Notes: generated by a model not told the origin, from the sequence alone. A DNA stretch of 64,000 nt from an uncultured Elusimicrobia bacterium (GCA_963702895.1 OY969767.1:32001-96000); one strand, 5' to 3'; counted from the stretch's first letter, positions 40,664 to 48,880 are shown. Translations and numbers: made by a program.

Positions 40664-41328
40664 TTGTTTTTGGAGCGCCTCCTCACTGATTCCTGGGCCA
40701 TGCGGCGAATGGTTTCATCTCGATCGGATCGCGCGGCCTCCAAAGCTTTGGCTGAACGCTCTCCGGGGATCCGTCCGAGCGCCTGGACGGCGTTCGCCCG
40801 GCTAGCGGGTCGAGAGCTCTTCAAATACGATTGGATCGCGTCTACGCTCTGCTCGCTCCCGCACAGGCTCAGCGCCTGGAGTATGGCGTCCGTCACATCG
40901 CTGTCTTTCTCTTGTCGCAGAGCATCCAGGAGGGCCCGTTCCGCAAGCGCGCCGCCCAGCAAGCCGGTGACTTGCACCGCGCGCTTACGCACGACGATGT
41001 TTTTTTTCTGGAGCATCGGCGCCAGCTGCGGGATGACGCGTTGTTCGTGTGTCGCCCCGATCTGATCCAGGAGTGCGAGAGTAAAGCGCACGTCTTTCTC
41101 TTGGAGGGCGACGGCGACCAGATTTGCCGCGACAGCTGGGCTAGGAGATTTCGCGAGATTTTCGAGAGCGGCATATTTGCGCTTTCCATCGGAGCTTTTG
41201 ATTTCTGCAAGATCGCTGGTTTCAGCAAAAGCGGTCATCGTGAGCAGAAGCATCACTGCGCAGAAGTTAAATAGACGCGCGCGCGCGAAAAAGAAAATGT
41301 TCTGCCTGGTGAATGTCTCAAAACCCAT
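40660..41328 (-). CDS. Exported HEAT-repeat (PBS-lyase-like) protein
   Basis: GAGGAG RBS at 41334-41339, signal-like MLLLTMTAFA-ET, repeats such as VRKRAVQVTGLLG and SRANAVQALGRIP. Confidence 0.85.
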   Translation of the reverse strand: MGFETFTRQNIFFFARARLFNFCAVMLLLTMTAFAETSDLAEIKSSDGKRKYAALENLAKSPSPAVAANLVAVALQEKDVRFTLALLDQIGATHEQRVIPQLAPMLQKKNIVVRKRAVQVTGLLGGALAERALLDALRQEKDSDVTDAILQALSLCGSEQSVDAIQSYLKSSRPASRANAVQALGRIPGERSAKALEAARSDRDETIRRMAQESVRRRSKNK

Positions 41329-41366
41329 AATCGCTCCTCGTTGATTTCTAGACCAGATCCGTCACT

Positions 41367-41395
41367 TGTTTACAGGCACTTCCGTCTCCCGTCAA
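41367..41395 (-). promoter_or_regulatory. Possible internal sigma70 promoter before the HEAT gene
   Basis: TTGACG-N17-TAAACA on the minus strand. Confidence 0.35.
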
Positions 41396-41445
41396 TGGAA
41401 AAATCGCCAGAAATATGGCGGTTTTTAACGGGGCATCTGAGGGGA

Positions 41446-41949
41446 TTAACAACGCAGGATGAGTTGGTTGGAAACAGCGGGGCGGCAACGCAAAGCGCAA
41501 GAAAGCAGGATCAGAGCGCTACAGGGAAAGAGGGTTATGCACAGGATATGAACATTGTGCACAAAGCGCCGCCCGCTCGTCGGAATCGCTTCCTGAAAAA
41601 GCTCAAATATGGCTTTGGCAGACGAGTAAATCAGATTGTTAAGTAGATGTGAAATTGATTCTATCCAGTCATCCCTCTGAGACACGGCATGAGGCAACGC
41701 GTAAACCAGCAAATGCACCAAGTTTTCACGAAAGAGCGCGTCTAATTCCTGAGTCGCGGAAGCTCGCAGAACGGGTTGATTTTGAGCGTCTCTTACATCA
41801 AGGTCGGAGAGGTCTGCGGCTGTGGGGTGAATGAAAAACGCGATTCCTGCATCCGCATTCCCCACCTTTTCGGATGGGGCCCCCTCACAGAGGGCGGACG
41901 CAGGAATCGCGCAGAAAAATAGTGCAGCAAGAATTATTTTAGTCATCAC
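41446..41949 (-). CDS. Hypothetical exported protein
   Basis: 167 aa, signal-like MTKIILAALFFCAIPASA, hydrophobic Cys-rich C-terminus. Starts a few nt after the riboswitch-like element. Confidence 0.65.
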   Translation of the reverse strand: MMTKIILAALFFCAIPASALCEGAPSEKVGNADAGIAFFIHPTAADLSDLDVRDAQNQPVLRASATQELDALFRENLVHLLVYALPHAVSQRDDWIESISHLLNNLIYSSAKAIFELFQEAIPTSGRRFVHNVHILCITLFPCSALILLSCALRCRPAVSNQLILRC

Positions 41950-41954
41950 TTTTT

Positions 41955-42151
41955 CGGTAACCCCGCTGGCCTTCGGCCAACTCAGAACTCAGAATGCAGA
42001 ACGCAGAAATAAATTTCTGAGTTCTGAGCTCTGAGTTCTGAGCTGAGCCGCTAGGCTCGGAGGCTTTGCGCACACACCCTAATTACTTTCCGCCACTACG
42101 TCTCTGGCGGACCCGCCAACGTTGTGATGGCGGGAGGGGAAGCCTTTATCG
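41955..42151 (-). ncRNA. c-di-GMP-I (GEMM)-like riboswitch aptamer with large insertions
   Basis: Minus strand reads CGATAAAGGC...GCGCAAAGCCTCCGAGCCTA...AGGCCAGCGGGGTTACCG. This matches the conserved GEMM core as I recall it for Vc2 (ACGCAAAGCCTCCGGCCTAA...GGTAGCGGGGTTACCG). Confidence 0.72.
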
Positions 42152-42239
42152 TCGAGCACGCCTTCAAAGAGCATCACGTCAAATTGGGAACCGGCATGCA
42201 TAGTCTGGGGTATGCCAGAGGCAGCCGGTTCTTGAGAGC

Positions 42240-42268
42240 AGTCTAGCCCCGACACGCAAAAGCGTCAA
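42240..42268 (-). promoter_or_regulatory. sigma70 promoter for the riboswitch leader
   Basis: -35 TTGACG (42268-42263), 17-bp spacer, -10 TAGACT (42245-42240). Confidence 0.65.
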
Positions 42269-42303
42269 GGTTTAAACAGGCTTGTAAATGAATGTGAATC
42301 TAT

Positions 42304-43080
42304 CTAGGAGGAGACCGACGTATAACGCCGGGTCGCAAAACGCCAGAAGTGAAGGCTTAAGGTCAAACTTGTCATCGCCATGAAAAACGCATGCAGTAAC
42401 CAGTAGGGAGAAAGCATCCCCAGACATGCTTTCGCGGGGAAACTGATCATCACGGCGACAGGGACAATAAAGGTGAGGATCCCTCTCATGGGCGCGCTGT
42501 AGATATCCGACGGAAAACGGCCCAGGGTCATGAGGTCTCGGTAGATCCAAATCGTATTTTCCAGCTCTTGGGTGAGGACCGCCATCGACGCGACGGCGAT
42601 ATGAATGGCAGCGGCGATCAATAAACCATTCAGCGATAAAATCACATAGAGAACAATCTGAAGGAAAGACACATCGAGCTGCCGGATAATAAAGGCGGCC
42701 AGTCCAAGGATGGGGAAGATCATCAAGACGTCCAAGAAGTCAACGGTATTAAAGGCGACCCGGAAAAGAGGGCTCACGGGTTGAATGAGAAAGTAATCAA
42801 AGTCTCCTTCCCTTATGAGACCCCTGACGCCGTAGATCCCGCGAAAGAAAAGCTGGGCGACAATATCAACCACGTTAAACGTTATGAAAAATAGAGCTAT
42901 TTCTTTAATCGAGTATCCGGCAATCGCGTCCGTGTGCCGGAAAATGGAAAACAGGAAAAACAAGAAGAACCCGATCCGGACGCACTTCCCTAAGAGGTAA
43001 CCCAAGGATGAAATAAAACTTTCCGCCTGGACCAGAAAACTCATGACGGCCAAGCGCCTCCAAATCCTAAAATACCTCAT
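42304..43080 (-). CDS. ABC-2 family (DUF990-like) permease
   Basis: Multi-TM protein with IREGDFDYFLIQPV and GRFPSDIY motifs. Likely start MRYFRIW at 43080. Confidence 0.88.
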   Translation of the reverse strand: MRYFRIWRRLAVMSFLVQAESFISSLGYLLGKCVRIGFFLFFLFSIFRHTDAIAGYSIKEIALFFITFNVVDIVAQLFFRGIYGVRGLIREGDFDYFLIQPVSPLFRVAFNTVDFLDVLMIFPILGLAAFIIRQLDVSFLQIVLYVILSLNGLLIAAAIHIAVASMAVLTQELENTIWIYRDLMTLGRFPSDIYSAPMRGILTFIVPVAVMISFPAKACLGMLSPYWLLHAFFMAMTSLTLSLHFWRFATRRYTSVSS

Positions 43081-43129
43081 ACTCGAAGAAATTATTCCTT
43101 TCGCAAAAGACTTTTTTCGGAAGACTGCT

Positions 43130-43218
43130 TGGGGACGTTCCATCACAAACGTCACAAACTTCAGTCAACCAAGCGCAAGGTTCTGGGAGTTTGTGACGTT
43201 TGTGATGGAACGTCCCCA
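43130..43218. repeat. Perfect 31-bp inverted repeat (REP/MITE-like)
   Basis: TGGGGACGTTCCATCACAAACGTCACAAACT (43130-43160) and its exact reverse complement (43188-43218). Confidence 0.9.
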
Positions 43219-43220
43219 TG

Positions 43221-44015
43221 CTAGCTGCCGGCAGCACTGTACACTCGCAATCCTTTATTCCATACCCAGCGGGCGATGACTGAAAGGAGAGAAATCCATA
43301 AAATCTGTACAAGAATTCCGTTGACAATCTGATGCGAATCTAATTTTCCCAGGAATATCTGGAGTGGGAAGAAAATCAGATAGGGAGAGGGCAGCGCCAT
43401 AAAGATCTGCTGCGCTGTTTTGGGCAAGACATCCAGAGGGAAAAACGTGCCGGCGGTGAATTCTAAAAACAGCTCGAGAACAAAGCGTGGTCCCCAAGTC
43501 TCCGATGTCCAAAAGCCCCCGCATCCAGTCGCAAAACTAATGATGAAATAGAGCCACATGGCTCCTAGGACAGTGGCAAGGAAGGCGAGCCATTGCGTCC
43601 CCTGGGACGGCCATACGATCTGGACCTTAAATAGCCATATGAGGCCACAAACCTCGCAAACTGATGATACTAGATTGATTGATTTCTCAGATAGATCCTT
43701 AAATAGGGTGTAAAACATGAAATTCACAGGCTTTAGGAGGTAAGACGACAACCTCCCATGGTTGATTTCGGCTGTAATCTCTTCGGTCCTAGTGGCAAAG
43801 ATCAGGCTCTTCAGAACATGCATGCCCAGCACATAGGTGAGGATCTGATGACGGTCATACCCGGCAAAGGAGCTGCGGTGTCGTAAGATGGCGTCCCAAA
43901 AATAATAAAAACTCACCAAGACCACGAGCGCTCGGAAGCGTTCCACAAGAAACGTAGCGCGGCGGGTGAGCGCTTCCTGCCAGTAGATGCTAAAGATGCA
44001 CCAATACTTTTTCAT
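43221..44015 (-). CDS. ABC-2 family (DUF990-like) permease
   Basis: EINHGRLSSYLLKPV and GTFFPLDVLP motifs, multi-TM. Confidence 0.9.
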   Translation of the reverse strand: MKKYWCIFSIYWQEALTRRATFLVERFRALVVLVSFYYFWDAILRHRSSFAGYDRHQILTYVLGMHVLKSLIFATRTEEITAEINHGRLSSYLLKPVNFMFYTLFKDLSEKSINLVSSVCEVCGLIWLFKVQIVWPSQGTQWLAFLATVLGAMWLYFIISFATGCGGFWTSETWGPRFVLELFLEFTAGTFFPLDVLPKTAQQIFMALPSPYLIFFPLQIFLGKLDSHQIVNGILVQILWISLLSVIARWVWNKGLRVYSAAGS

Positions 44016-44049
44016 GTTTGTTGTCGTTCACGCGGCCGTCATCCATGCT

Positions 44050-44132
44050 GTCATCCCGGCGGATCGTTAGCCGGGATCCATCACATCATGTGCGTCGTTG
44101 ATGGACCCCGGATGACGGATCTCCGGGGTGAC
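44050..44132. repeat. REP-like palindrome pair
   Basis: GTCATCCCGGC..GCCGGGATCCA followed by TGGACCCCGG..CCGGGGTGAC. Confidence 0.85.
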
Positions 44133-44933
44133 GGCATTCTGGGTTGACGACATTTGGAAAGCTTCGCGCATCGCCTCCGTAAGAGAATTTTTCTTATGCA
44201 GCTCTTTGAAGGTGTCCAAACTTCCATCAAACAGTAGCCGGCCGTGGTTGATGAGCAGCACGCGTGAACAAAGCTCCGCGACATCTTCCATGTTATGACT
44301 GGTGAGAAGGATGGTGGCCTTGAAGCGCCGATTGTATTCCAGGATAAATTGGCGCACTTTCTGCTGCATCACCACATCCAGGCCGATCGTGGGCTCGTCC
44401 AGAAGAAGGACGCGCGGCCGGTGTAGGAGTGAGCAGGCAAGCTCCGCCTTCATGCGCTGACCGAGCGATAACTTTTTCACGGGGACTTCGAGCAGCTCTT
44501 CAATCTCTAAGAGGCGCGAAAGCTCCGTGAGGGTCGCCTGATACGGCTCGTCGGGAATTTCGAAAATCTCCTTGTTCAGCAGGAAGGAATCGACAGCAGG
44601 CAAGTCCCACCACAGCTGCGTGCGCTGACCCATCACCATGGTCAGCTGCCGCTGGTAGGCACTCTCTCTCTTCCAGGGAATATGTCCGAGCACTTGGGCT
44701 TCGCCGGATGTGGGGTGAAGAAGCCCGGCAAGCATCTTGAGCGTTGTCGTCTTCCCCGCTCCGTTAGGGCCAAGAAATCCGACCAATTCCCCTTCACGGA
44801 TTTGAAAGGAGATGTCTTGAACGGCGTGAACCTTACGATAGGTGCGCTTGAAGAGACCTTTGAGCGAGCCGGCGAGCCCCGCCTCTTTCTGTTCGACCAG
44901 AAAGGTCTTGGAGAGATGAGAAACTTTAATCAT
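44067..44933 (-). CDS. ABC transporter ATP-binding protein
   Basis: Walker A GPNGAGKTT, signature LSLGQ, Walker B LLLDEPT. Likely start MIKVSHL at 44933. The C-terminal tail derives from a palindromic repeat. Confidence 0.93.
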   Translation of the reverse strand: MIKVSHLSKTFLVEQKEAGLAGSLKGLFKRTYRKVHAVQDISFQIREGELVGFLGPNGAGKTTTLKMLAGLLHPTSGEAQVLGHIPWKRESAYQRQLTMVMGQRTQLWWDLPAVDSFLLNKEIFEIPDEPYQATLTELSRLLEIEELLEVPVKKLSLGQRMKAELACSLLHRPRVLLLDEPTIGLDVVMQQKVRQFILEYNRRFKATILLTSHNMEDVAELCSRVLLINHGRLLFDGSLDTFKELHKKNSLTEAMREAFQMSSTQNAVTPEIRHPGSINDAHDVMDPG

Positions 44934-45993
44934 GGAGCAACTTGCCGGCTCCGGCGGAGAGCAGCTGGGCCGCCAGGCGCTCCCCGACGCCCGCCGCGTC
45001 AAAGGGCCGTCCTCGCTCGGCCGCGCGCAGGGCTTCTTTGCCATCGGGTGAAAGAACCATTCCCTTCATGACGAGACTCCCCGATTCAAGCACGGCGTGG
45101 CCGGCAATCGGGGTTTGGCAGCTGCCTCCCAACCCTTTGAGAAAGGCACGCTCCGCGAGCACAGCCTGATGAGAAGGGGCATGATCAATTGCCTTCAGAT
45201 AGGGGGCCATGGCGGCGTCCCCTTTCCGGACTTCAAGGGCGAGCGCCCCTTGGCCGATAGCCGGCAGAAGGACCTCGGGCGAAAGCACTTCCGTGATGTC
45301 CTTGGCCCGCCCCAGGCGTTTGAGCCCGGCCGCGGCCAGGATGATGCCGTCCAGATGTTCTTCCTGGAGCTTGCGAAGCCGCGTGTCCACGTTGCCGCGC
45401 AGGGGAACGATCTCGAGATCGGGTCTGGCCGCTTTGAGCTGAGCCATACGCCTGGCCGCTCCCGTTCCGACGCGCGCGCCATGCCTCAGTTTGCTGAAGG
45501 GGGTATTGTCTTTGGAGATCCAAGCGTCATAGGGATTTTCTCTCTCCGGGACAGCCCCCAGCACAAGGCCTTGGGGCAGCTCGGCGGACATGTCTTTTAA
45601 GGAGTGAACGGCGAGATCGATCCTCTTTTGAAGCAGCGCGTCTTCCAATTCCTTGGTGAAAAGGGCTTTGAGCCCGCCTTTGATGTTCTCCCCTCCATCC
45701 ATTCCCCTCATGGTGTCATCCCCCCCGGTTGTAAGGGGGGGATCCATCAATCCTGGAAATGATGGATCCCGGCTGACGGCATGCCGGGATGACGGCAAAG
45801 AGGTGTCGCCCGGGGGGGATGACGACAGTGCTGAGGCATCCGCCGTGGATGACGACATCTTGTCGCCGGTTGTCGTGATCAGGACGAGTTCGATCTCAAG
45901 CCCTGCAAAGGCCTCTTGGAGTCGCGCGGCCACCCACTTGGCCTGGGTTTGCGCCAGCACGCTCTTGCGGGTCCCTAAGCGGAGCGTTTTCAC
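44926..45993 (-). CDS. hemC: Hydroxymethylbilane synthase with ~50-aa repeat-derived insertion
   Basis: LGTRKSVLA, AVHSLKD, LRGNVDTRL and GGSCQTPIAG motifs. Confidence 0.96.
   Translation of the reverse strand: MKTLRLGTRKSVLAQTQAKWVAARLQEAFAGLEIELVLITTTGDKMSSSTADASALSSSPPGDTSLPSSRHAVSRDPSFPGLMDPPLTTGGDDTMRGMDGGENIKGGLKALFTKELEDALLQKRIDLAVHSLKDMSAELPQGLVLGAVPERENPYDAWISKDNTPFSKLRHGARVGTGAARRMAQLKAARPDLEIVPLRGNVDTRLRKLQEEHLDGIILAAAGLKRLGRAKDITEVLSPEVLLPAIGQGALALEVRKGDAAMAPYLKAIDHAPSHQAVLAERAFLKGLGGSCQTPIAGHAVLESGSLVMKGMVLSPDGKEALRAAERGRPFDAAGVGERLAAQLLSAGAGKLLHD
45715..45793. repeat. REP-like palindrome pair inside hemC
   Basis: GTCATCCCCCCCGGTTGTAAGGGGGGGATCCA...TGGATCCCGGC..GCCGGGATGAC. Confidence 0.88.
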
Positions 45994-45995
45994 AG

Positions 45996-47084
45996 CTAAT
46001 CAGCGGTTGTGACCGGAGGGGTACTGAGGACGGCAGTTGGTGCTCGATGCTTGAGGCCCGTCAGGACGCCATTTCGGTGAGCGCGCAGCCAGCGGATAAA
46101 TTCTCGCGTTTCTTCCTTAACGATTTGCAGGGCGGAGTCGGCTTCTTTGGCCCGCTGAGCGTTGTTGGCGGCCACCATATGCTCAAGATTGTTGATGTTG
46201 TAGAGATAGACATTCTCGATGTCGTTCACGGAAGGCTCCACGTCACGCGGCATGGCGATGTCGATCAAAAAAAGCGAGCGGCCTTTGCGCAGGTCCATGA
46301 TCTGCTCGATATGGCGCCTGGTGATGACGGCGTGCGGCGCGGCCGTCGAGCAAATCACGATGTCCACCTCGCTCATCTTCCGCAGTCCCTCTTCAAAAGG
46401 CAGGGCTGAACCGTTGAAGCGTTTGGCCAGCTCACATGCCCGATCAAACGTCCGGTTGGCGACCAGAATCGATTGCGCGTGCTGCGCCATGAGATGTTTG
46501 GCCGTGACTTCGGCCATTTCGCCTGCTCCCAATATCATAATCTGGCGATCGCGGAGCTCTCCAAAGATGCGCGTCGCCATCCCAACAGCAATGCTTCCTA
46601 CGGAAGCAGCGCCCTCTCCGAGGGCGGTTTCGGTTCTGACTCGCTTTCCCACATACAAGCTCCGCTGAAAAAGAACATTCAGGAGTTTGCCGGTCACGCC
46701 AGCTTGCTGGGCGATTTGGTACGCCTGTTTCACCTGCGCGAGGATTTCATGCTCGCCTTTGACCATGGAGTCAAGCCCCGCGGCGACGGAGAAGAGGTGC
46801 AGTACCGCCGCGTCGCTTTCGTGGAAATACAGATACTGAGGGAGGGCCCCGAGATGAGCATGCTGCACCAGAAGCCCCTCGAGAGCCTCTCTGGCCCGGA
46901 CACGGTTTTGGGCCCGAACGTAGAGCTCGGTTCGATTGCATGTTGAAAGGCACACGAGCTCTTCAACGTCCGCTTTGGTTTTCCATTCGTGGAGTGTGGC
47001 AGGCAGCTCCTGCGCCGCCAGGGTGAGCTTCTCGCGGATGTCCAGCGGCGCGCTTTCGTGATTAAGCCCCAAGACAAAAGGCAT
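45996..47084 (-). CDS. hemA: Glutamyl-tRNA reductase, short C-terminus
   Basis: LSTCNRTE, GLDSMVKGEHEILAQ, GAGEM and IDIAMPRDV motifs. Likely start MPFVLGLNH overlapping the upstream TGA. Confidence 0.95.
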   Translation of the reverse strand: MPFVLGLNHESAPLDIREKLTLAAQELPATLHEWKTKADVEELVCLSTCNRTELYVRAQNRVRAREALEGLLVQHAHLGALPQYLYFHESDAAVLHLFSVAAGLDSMVKGEHEILAQVKQAYQIAQQAGVTGKLLNVLFQRSLYVGKRVRTETALGEGAASVGSIAVGMATRIFGELRDRQIMILGAGEMAEVTAKHLMAQHAQSILVANRTFDRACELAKRFNGSALPFEEGLRKMSEVDIVICSTAAPHAVITRRHIEQIMDLRKGRSLFLIDIAMPRDVEPSVNDIENVYLYNINNLEHMVAANNAQRAKEADSALQIVKEETREFIRWLRAHRNGVLTGLKHRAPTAVLSTPPVTTAD

Positions 47085-47545
47085 CAGCGCCCTCCTTGCG
47101 CGTGCAGCGGGCTCAAGAAAGGCAGCGTGACGAGCGCGGTTAAAATCACCGCGAAACCGATCAGAGCAAGATACGTCGAGCGACGTCCGCGCCATCCCAA
47201 GGTCCAGCGAGTGACGAGATAGATGGCATAGATTGTCCAGGTCAGAAAAGAGAGGGTTTCGGATGGATCGTACCCCCAGTAGCTCTTGCGCGTAAAGATG
47301 GCCCAGTGGCCCCCCAGGAGAATTCCTAGGGTCAACAGGGGAAATGATATGGCGATCATCCGGTAAATAAAGCGGTCCAGAGTCTCCAGCGGCGGCAGTC
47401 GTGATGTGATGGCATCGACGTCATGACTTTTGATCCGATGTTCCTGGACCAAAAACAGGATGCCGGCGCCCGCGGCCAGAAGAAAGAGAACACAGGAAGC
47501 AAAGATAAAAGGCACATGCAGCAAGATCCAAGGCGGGGGTTTCAT
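47084..47545 (-). CDS. Cytochrome c assembly (CcsA/HemX-like) membrane protein
   Basis: LHVP, GILLGGHWA...YWGYDPSET and GWRGRR motifs; sits upstream of hemA. Confidence 0.85.
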   Translation of the reverse strand: MKPPPWILLHVPFIFASCVLFLLAAGAGILFLVQEHRIKSHDVDAITSRLPPLETLDRFIYRMIAISFPLLTLGILLGGHWAIFTRKSYWGYDPSETLSFLTWTIYAIYLVTRWTLGWRGRRSTYLALIGFAVILTALVTLPFLSPLHAQGGR

Positions 47546-47643
47546 AGCAAGCCTTCTGGAATCATTCCTTGAAATTTCACCGAACGTTCGCGATTCCCTT
47601 AAGTGACGGGAGAATCGCTCAAAACAGGGGCCGGGTTTCCAGC

Positions 47644-48648
47644 CTAAGCGGGGACCGGCACATCGGGAACGGCCTGTTCTTTCTTGCGAAGCAAGCCTTC
47701 AAACTCCTCCAGCACATGTTTGTCCCACCAGCCTTTGTTGACCTCATCCCACATGATCTCCAGGGCGATATCCGGGGGCAGCCGCTTGCGGTAAGAGCGC
47801 GTGGTGGTTAAGGCATCGTAGATGTCGACAATCGTCATAATACGGGCCAAGAGCGGAATATCCTCGCCCGAGAGCTGATCGGGGTAGCCGGTTCCGTCCA
47901 GACGCTCGTGATGGTGGCGGATCACGGGGATGGCGCCCTTGATCGATTTCAGCTTTTCGCAGATTTTGGCGCCTTGTCCCGGATGCATCCGGATGATCTT
48001 GCGCTCCTCCGTTGTTAAAGGCCCCGCCTTGTTTAGAATTCTGTCCGGCACGCCGATTTTCCCGATATCGTGGAGGATGCCTCCTTTTCGGAGGGAATCG
48101 ATCTCATCCTCCCCAAGGCCCAAGTGCTCGCCCAGGCTCACCGCCATTTGCGAGACGCGCTCCACATGGCCCTGGGTGTAGGCATCCTTCGCTTCAATGG
48201 CGCGAGCCATGGAAAAGAGAACGGCTTCTGCGGAGTCCAGCTGCTCATTGAGATACTTCACTTTAAGAAGAGATTTGATGCGGGTGACGAGCTCCACCGT
48301 GTTGTAGGGTTTGTTCACAAAATCATCGGCCCCCGCCTCGAGGGCCTCGAGCTTCTTCTCGAAATCGGAGTGGGCGGTGAGCATGATGACCGGGGTGAGG
48401 CGCGCCTCCTCGTCATTTTTGAGCTGCCGGCACATGGAAATGCCGTCCATGCGGGGCATATTGACGTCTAAAAGGAGGATATCGGGCGAAAGCAATTTCA
48501 TTTTCTCGAGCCCTTCGACGCCATCACGAGCCACAGCAACAGAAAACCCCTTGGAGACAAGAATCGGCTCAAGAATGCCAACGGCATGAGGATCATCTTC
48601 AACCAGGAGGACTTTCGCTCCTGCGAAGGAATGGCCGGACGGTAGCAT
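47644..48648 (-). CDS. REC-HD-GYP response regulator (RpfG-like c-di-GMP phosphodiesterase)
   Basis: REC domain (LLVEDD, LLDVNMP, FVNKP) plus YTQGH, LHDIGK and HHERLDGTGYP. Confidence 0.93.
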   Translation of the reverse strand: MLPSGHSFAGAKVLLVEDDPHAVGILEPILVSKGFSVAVARDGVEGLEKMKLLSPDILLLDVNMPRMDGISMCRQLKNDEEARLTPVIMLTAHSDFEKKLEALEAGADDFVNKPYNTVELVTRIKSLLKVKYLNEQLDSAEAVLFSMARAIEAKDAYTQGHVERVSQMAVSLGEHLGLGEDEIDSLRKGGILHDIGKIGVPDRILNKAGPLTTEERKIIRMHPGQGAKICEKLKSIKGAIPVIRHHHERLDGTGYPDQLSGEDIPLLARIMTIVDIYDALTTTRSYRKRLPPDIALEIMWDEVNKGWWDKHVLEEFEGLLRKKEQAVPDVPVPA

Positions 48649-48654
48649 GGATTT

Positions 48655-48663
48655 ATTGTATCA
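48655..48663 (-). promoter_or_regulatory. Extended -10 promoter, probable leaderless mRNA
   Basis: TG-A-TACAAT six nt before the ATG at 48648; no SD. Confidence 0.5.
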
Positions 48664-48880
48664 CCTTTTCACAGACCGCAAGCCGGCGTGGATCCGACGA
48701 GGCAGGCCCCTCTGCCGCGTAAAAACGCGATCAAAAGCGGGGTGTCGCACCCGCCATTTTCCCCCTTGAAAAGGAAGTGGACCCCTGTTAGCCTTCCCGA
48801 GTCTGTCGGGGGTCGCCCTTCCTGAGTTGTAAGGGTCCTGGTTCACCGCAGCAATCTTGATCACTTGATTGAGGTCCATT

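Noticed and set aside
19..40575. Numerous 60-467 aa ORFs in the track across the first 40 kb
   Set aside because: Antisense and off-frame shadows of the giant GC-rich gene, with Arg/Pro/Gly-biased translations that repeat with its duplications.
42304..44933. ABC transporter as the type I secretion system for the giant protein
   Set aside because: It is an ABC-2/DUF990 type with no HlyD or TolC partner, and the giant protein has an N-terminal signal peptide.
45680..45858. hemC and mnmE insertions as inteins or introns
   Set aside because: Far too short, no intein terminal His-Asn/Cys signature and no group I/II features; largely explained by palindromic repeats.
48777..48880. 6S RNA or SRP RNA
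   Set aside because: Too short for 6S and lacks the SRP helix-8 consensus; kept only as an unnamed candidate leader.
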